Source: Gammaproteobacteria bacterium
Lineage (GTDB): Bacteria > Pseudomonadota > Gammaproteobacteria > JAADGQ01
Length of the DNA: 64,000 nucleotides
Reading direction: 5' to 3'
Assembly (NCBI GenBank): GCA_015490755.1
Contig: WFXF01000077.1
Coordinates: forward strand, 3,241 to 67,240
Of this stretch, positions 60,099 through 64,000 are shown in pieces (within the stretch, counting starts at the first letter, position 1; each line of letters begins with the position of its first letter). The position numbers and the translations under genes are program-made. The notes under the pieces are model-generated. The model did no database searches, had not been told where the DNA came from, and saw only the letters and a program-made list of their open reading frames with translations.

Positions 60099-61511
60099 AT
60101 GGCAAAGAAATATGATGCTGGTGTAAAAGAATATCGTGATCTGTATTGGGCGCCGGACTATGTTCCGCTGGATACGGACTTGTTGGCTTGCTTCAAGGTA
60201 ACCCCTCAAGAGGGTGTTTCGAATGAGGAGTGTGCGGCGGCAGTTGCGGCTGAGTCTTCAACGGGAACTTGGAGTACTGTGTGGTCAGAGTTGCTGACTG
60301 ATATGGAGTTTTATAAGGGGCGTGCATATCGTATTGAGGATGTGCCTGGTGATAAAGATTCGTTTTATACCTTTATTGCTTATCCGCTTGACCTTTTTGA
60401 GGAGGGTTCTATTGTAAATGTGTTGACCTCTTTGGTTGGTAATGTGTTTGGTTTTAAGGCGTTGAAGCATCTTCGTCTTGAAGATATTCGTTTTCCAATT
60501 GCGTTTGTTAAGACTTGTATGGGGCCACCAAGTGGTATTCAGGTGGAGCGTGACAAGTTGAACAAGTATGGCCGTCCAATGCTGGGTTGTACTATTAAGC
60601 CTAAGTTGGGTTTATCTGCTAAAAACTACGGTCGCGCTGTATATGAGTGTCTTCGTGGTGGTTTGGATCTGACAAAAGATGACGAAAATGTAAACTCTCA
60701 GCCCTTTATGCGCTGGCAGAACCGTTTTGAGTTTGTTGCGATGGCGGTTGAAAAAGCCCAGGCTGAAACGGGTGAGGTGAAAGGTCATTACCTTAATGTA
60801 ACGGCTAATACTCCAGAAGAGATGTATGAGCGTGCGGAGTTTGCTAAAGAGCTTGGTCAGCCGGTTATTATGCATGACTTCCTGACTGGTGGTTTTACGG
60901 CCAATACAGGTCTGGCCAAGTGGTGTCGTAAAAATGGAATTTTGCTTCATATTCACCGCGCTATGCATGCCGTAATCGATCGTCATCCTAAGCACGGTAT
61001 TCATTTTCGTGTTCTGGCCAAGTGTCTGCGTCTGTCTGGTGGGGATCATCTGCATACAGGTACTGTTGTAGGAAAGCTTGAAGGTGATCGTGCCTCTACA
61101 TTAGGTTATGTTGATCAGTTGCGAGAGTCTTTCGTTCCTGAAGATCGTCGTCGTGGTGTTTTCTTTGACCAGGATTGGGGTTCAATGCCAGGTGTATTTG
61201 CGGTAGCTTCTGGTGGTATTCATGTGTGGCACATGCCTGCATTGCTGAATATTTTTGGTGATGATTCTATTCTTCAGTTTGGTGGTGGTACTCAAGGTCA
61301 TCCGTGGGGTAATGCTGCTGGTGCAGCTGCTAATCGTGTTGCACTTGAAGCTTGTGTTAAAGCTCGTAATGAGGGTCGTGATCTGGAGCGTGAGTCACGC
61401 GATATTTTGGAAGGTGCTGCGCGCCACAGCCCTGAGTTGGCACTTGCAATGGAAACTTGGAAAGAGATCGTTTTTGAATTCGAAACTGTGGATAAGCTGG
61501 ATATAAACTAA
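60099..61511 (+). CDS. cbbL: RuBisCO large subunit, form IA (carboxysomal IAc)
   Basis: [40 protein letters not shown]; followed by cbbS and csoS2. Confidence 0.98.
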   Translation: MAKKYDAGVKEYRDLYWAPDYVPLDTDLLACFKVTPQEGVSNEECAAAVAAESSTGTWSTVWSELLTDMEFYKGRAYRIEDVPGDKDSFYTFIAYPLDLFEEGSIVNVLTSLVGNVFGFKALKHLRLEDIRFPIAFVKTCMGPPSGIQVERDKLNKYGRPMLGCTIKPKLGLSAKNYGRAVYECLRGGLDLTKDDENVNSQPFMRWQNRFEFVAMAVEKAQAETGEVKGHYLNVTANTPEEMYERAEFAKELGQPVIMHDFLTGGFTANTGLAKWCRKNGILLHIHRAMHAVIDRHPKHGIHFRVLAKCLRLSGGDHLHTGTVVGKLEGDRASTLGYVDQLRESFVPEDRRRGVFFDQDWGSMPGVFAVASGGIHVWHMPALLNIFGDDSILQFGGGTQGHPWGNAAGAAANRVALEACVKARNEGRDLERESRDILEGAARHSPELALAMETWKEIVFEFETVDKLDIN

Positions 61512-61550
61512 GTAGCTAATAGTGCCACAATTAGATTTAGGAGAGTAAAG

Positions 61551-61901
61551 ATGAATACAACAAATACCGTAGCGGGTGATTACCGTACTGAAAAAACGTT
61601 AGAGACTTTTTCGTTTTTGCCGCCTCTAACGCAGCAGGAGGTTTACGATCAGATTAGTTTTATGCTGAGTCAGGGTTTAACTCCAGCGATTGAACACGAA
61701 GATCCAGCTCAAGCAACGAACCACTACTGGACCATGTGGAAGCTTCCCTTTTTTGGTGAGAAAGATTTAAGTGCGGTTGTTTCTGAGTTAGAGGCATGTC
61801 ATCGTGCTTACCCTGATCACCACGTGCGCCTTCTGGGTTACGATAATTATACGCAGAGTCAGGGTGTGTGTTTCGTGGTTTACCGCGGTAAAGTGTGGTA
61901 A
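61551..61901 (+). CDS. cbbS: RuBisCO small subunit
   Basis: [30 protein letters not shown]. Confidence 0.97.
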   Translation: MNTTNTVAGDYRTEKTLETFSFLPPLTQQEVYDQISFMLSQGLTPAIEHEDPAQATNHYWTMWKLPFFGEKDLSAVVSELEACHRAYPDHHVRLLGYDNYTQSQGVCFVVYRGKVW

Positions 61902-61973
61902 GGAAGGGTTGGTCGTGGCGTGAAAGCGCCACGAGCGATTAAGGTTTGTCAGTTTAAAGATGGGATAACAGTT

Positions 61974-63917
61974 ATGGCCAATCAAGATTTGTCAGGACGT
62001 GGTGCCGCCAGGGCGCGTCGTGATGCCCAGATTAAAGGCAAAGCTGCTCAGTCTGCAAAAACTCCTGTGCGCGTTGCAAGAACTCCGCGTTCAAGGATTG
62101 CTGCAGCTACTGCTGCCTCTTCAGCGCCGGTTGAAGCTGTGGTTGCTAGACCTGCTTCTATATCTGCTCCTGTTGCACGAAGCGTTAAAGCCGTTGTTAA
62201 TAGTGGTCGTGAGGCTTCTCGTAAGCGCCGTTTGGCGATGTCTTCCAGGGGTAAGTCGGGGATATCGTCTAATGATCGTCAGCGCCAGGAGGACGCCCGA
62301 AGAAGAGCGCGTGCTGCAGTTCAGAAAAAGGATTGTGGTTGTGGTTGTGAGGGGCGTGGGGATTGTGGTGATGCAGGCAAGGTTCAAGCTGCTTCGGCTA
62401 CATTTGTTGCGCCAAAAGCAACTTCGGCTGTGCGCAGGAGTGAGGTTAAGGTGGTTTCTGCTGGTAGTGCTGGTCGCATTAATTCTAAGTTGCGTCGTCA
62501 AGCAATGTCGTTGCATGGCAAGACCGGTGAGGCTAGTTTTGGCAAAGGCGTGAGCTCTGCACAGATAGCACGTCAACAAAATCCGGGCATTTCTGGGCGT
62601 GACTTGGCGCGTACTGTACGTACTCAGCGTAGTAACAGTGGTGCTGCTGCAGAAAGTGCACGACGTTCGGCTCCAGTAGGTCGTCGTCGTCCAGCTAAGC
62701 CCGCAGACGAAGTCAGTGGTACGAAAGTTTCTCATAGTGAAAAAACCACAGGTGATGAAACTGGGCTTTGTCGTTCAGTAACAGGTACTGATTACTTCTC
62801 AAGCGAAGTGTTTGACAATTTTTGTCAAAATGAAGCGCCAGTTGTTCCTGGTAAAGTGAGAACATCTGAAAACTTAAGTGGTAGTAGCATCACTGCTAGT
62901 GGTGAAGTAGGGCGTAGTGCAAAAGTAAGTGGTGATGAGCGTGGTAGTTGCAAGATTGTCACAGGGGTCGAGTATGTTGGGCGTGAGCAGTATGACGATT
63001 TTTGTACTACCAAGCCTCCTGAGCCAGGTAATGCAAAGGTAAGTTTTTCACAAACGGCTCGCGGCCTTGTGATTTCAGGTTCTAAGCCTGCGCGTTCGCA
63101 ACAAGTGAGTGGCAATGAGGCAGGTACCTGCAAATCAGTTACGGGAACACCTTACGCGGGGATGGAGCAATTTCAGGAGTATTGTAAACCTGCTGAAGCC
63201 CAGCTTGCTAATGCACGTAGCCAAAAACACACTGGCAATGGCGGTCAGGATGTGACTGGCTTGCAACCAGGTTTTGATGGTTTAACCGGCGCGAGCCAAG
63301 GTGCATGCAGTAGTGTGAGTGGTACTGCTTATGTGAGTGCGGAGCAACAACAGAGTGTTTGTGGTGCGATGCCGGCTCAGATGAATGAGCCGGACTTTCC
63401 AAAACCGTTGACTGATTCACCATGGGGTTCTTTTAGTGTTATTTCGGCTCCTGTCCATGCCAGCCAGCCACAAGCGAAAGCTGTTGATAATGTGACGGGT
63501 TCACGTTATGAACAGGGTCGTGTTAGTGGTGCTTTTTCATTGGGTGAAGGTAAGATAACAGGCACAGAGCAGTTCCGTTTTGGTGGTGGGGTTAAGGAAA
63601 ATGTAAGGCCTGTAGCCACCACGCCAGTGGATGTTGCATCGGCTGTTCCTGTTAAACGTGTGACAGGCGAAGGTAACGATAGCGGTTTGAAAATAACTGG
63701 TAATGACTGGGGTCGAGGTGATCATGTCACTGGTACAGAGGGTACCTCCTCAGTGAAGCGTAATCCAACACGTCGTGGCCCTGTTAGTGCCATGCCATCT
63801 TCAGGTTTTAAACGTAATGAAGATGTAGAGCGCGGTATGTCAAATGTTACGGGTGGTACTGGTGGTACTACTGAAAAGGGCGCGCTTGTCACGTTGTCAG
63901 GTGGTGCTAGAGGTTAA
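61974..63917 (+). CDS. csoS2: Alpha-carboxysome scaffold protein CsoS2
   Basis: N-terminal R..RR....GK repeats, [VI][TS]G repeats, C-terminal VTLSGGARG; ATG at 61974. Confidence 0.95.
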   Translation: MANQDLSGRGAARARRDAQIKGKAAQSAKTPVRVARTPRSRIAAATAASSAPVEAVVARPASISAPVARSVKAVVNSGREASRKRRLAMSSRGKSGISSNDRQRQEDARRRARAAVQKKDCGCGCEGRGDCGDAGKVQAASATFVAPKATSAVRRSEVKVVSAGSAGRINSKLRRQAMSLHGKTGEASFGKGVSSAQIARQQNPGISGRDLARTVRTQRSNSGAAAESARRSAPVGRRRPAKPADEVSGTKVSHSEKTTGDETGLCRSVTGTDYFSSEVFDNFCQNEAPVVPGKVRTSENLSGSSITASGEVGRSAKVSGDERGSCKIVTGVEYVGREQYDDFCTTKPPEPGNAKVSFSQTARGLVISGSKPARSQQVSGNEAGTCKSVTGTPYAGMEQFQEYCKPAEAQLANARSQKHTGNGGQDVTGLQPGFDGLTGASQGACSSVSGTAYVSAEQQQSVCGAMPAQMNEPDFPKPLTDSPWGSFSVISAPVHASQPQAKAVDNVTGSRYEQGRVSGAFSLGEGKITGTEQFRFGGGVKENVRPVATTPVDVASAVPVKRVTGEGNDSGLKITGNDWGRGDHVTGTEGTSSVKRNPTRRGPVSAMPSSGFKRNEDVERGMSNVTGGTGGTTEKGALVTLSGGARG

Positions 63918-64000
63918 GGGTAAATTCTACAGGATGATGGTAGGGGAGACCTCTCTGGTTTCGTCTGCTGAATTTGAATAAGTAGATTTTTTGGAGAGCG

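Noticed and set aside
61999-62735. Long alternative-frame and antisense ORFs within csoS2
   Set aside because: Expected by-product of low-complexity, biased codon usage; no slippery site linking them

Overview
AT-rich chromosomal window from a chemolithoautotrophic, probably sulfur-oxidising, gammaproteobacterium. The Calvin cycle is represented by prk and a carboxysomal cbbL-cbbS-csoS2 operon, alongside sat and an assimilatory nitrate reductase. Core genes (exbD-tonB, M16 peptidase pair, rsmD-coaD-yfhL-ggt, Fe3+ ABC components, rnpB, prfC, pyrF, pycAB, maf, asmA) are interleaved with accessory envelope and secreted-protein loci. Most notable observations: (1) a secreted octaheme cytochrome c whose motifs match, one for one, my recollection of the Geobacter nanowire cytochrome OmcZ, encoded just downstream of a YjbH/GfcD-type outer-membrane barrel; (2) a three-gene island next to a toxin-antitoxin pair, with a poly-C tract in the first gene's signal peptide, a papain-like protease lipoprotein carrying a cationic helix, a propeptide-less kexin-like subtilase and its probable external chaperone; (3) a tandem pair of dynamin-like GTPases followed by an EF-hand membrane protein; (4) two CTAG-flanked hairpin elements with covarying stems, plus GTAG-type REP/REPIN repeats. 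All family assignments come from motif recognition by eye; no database search was run.
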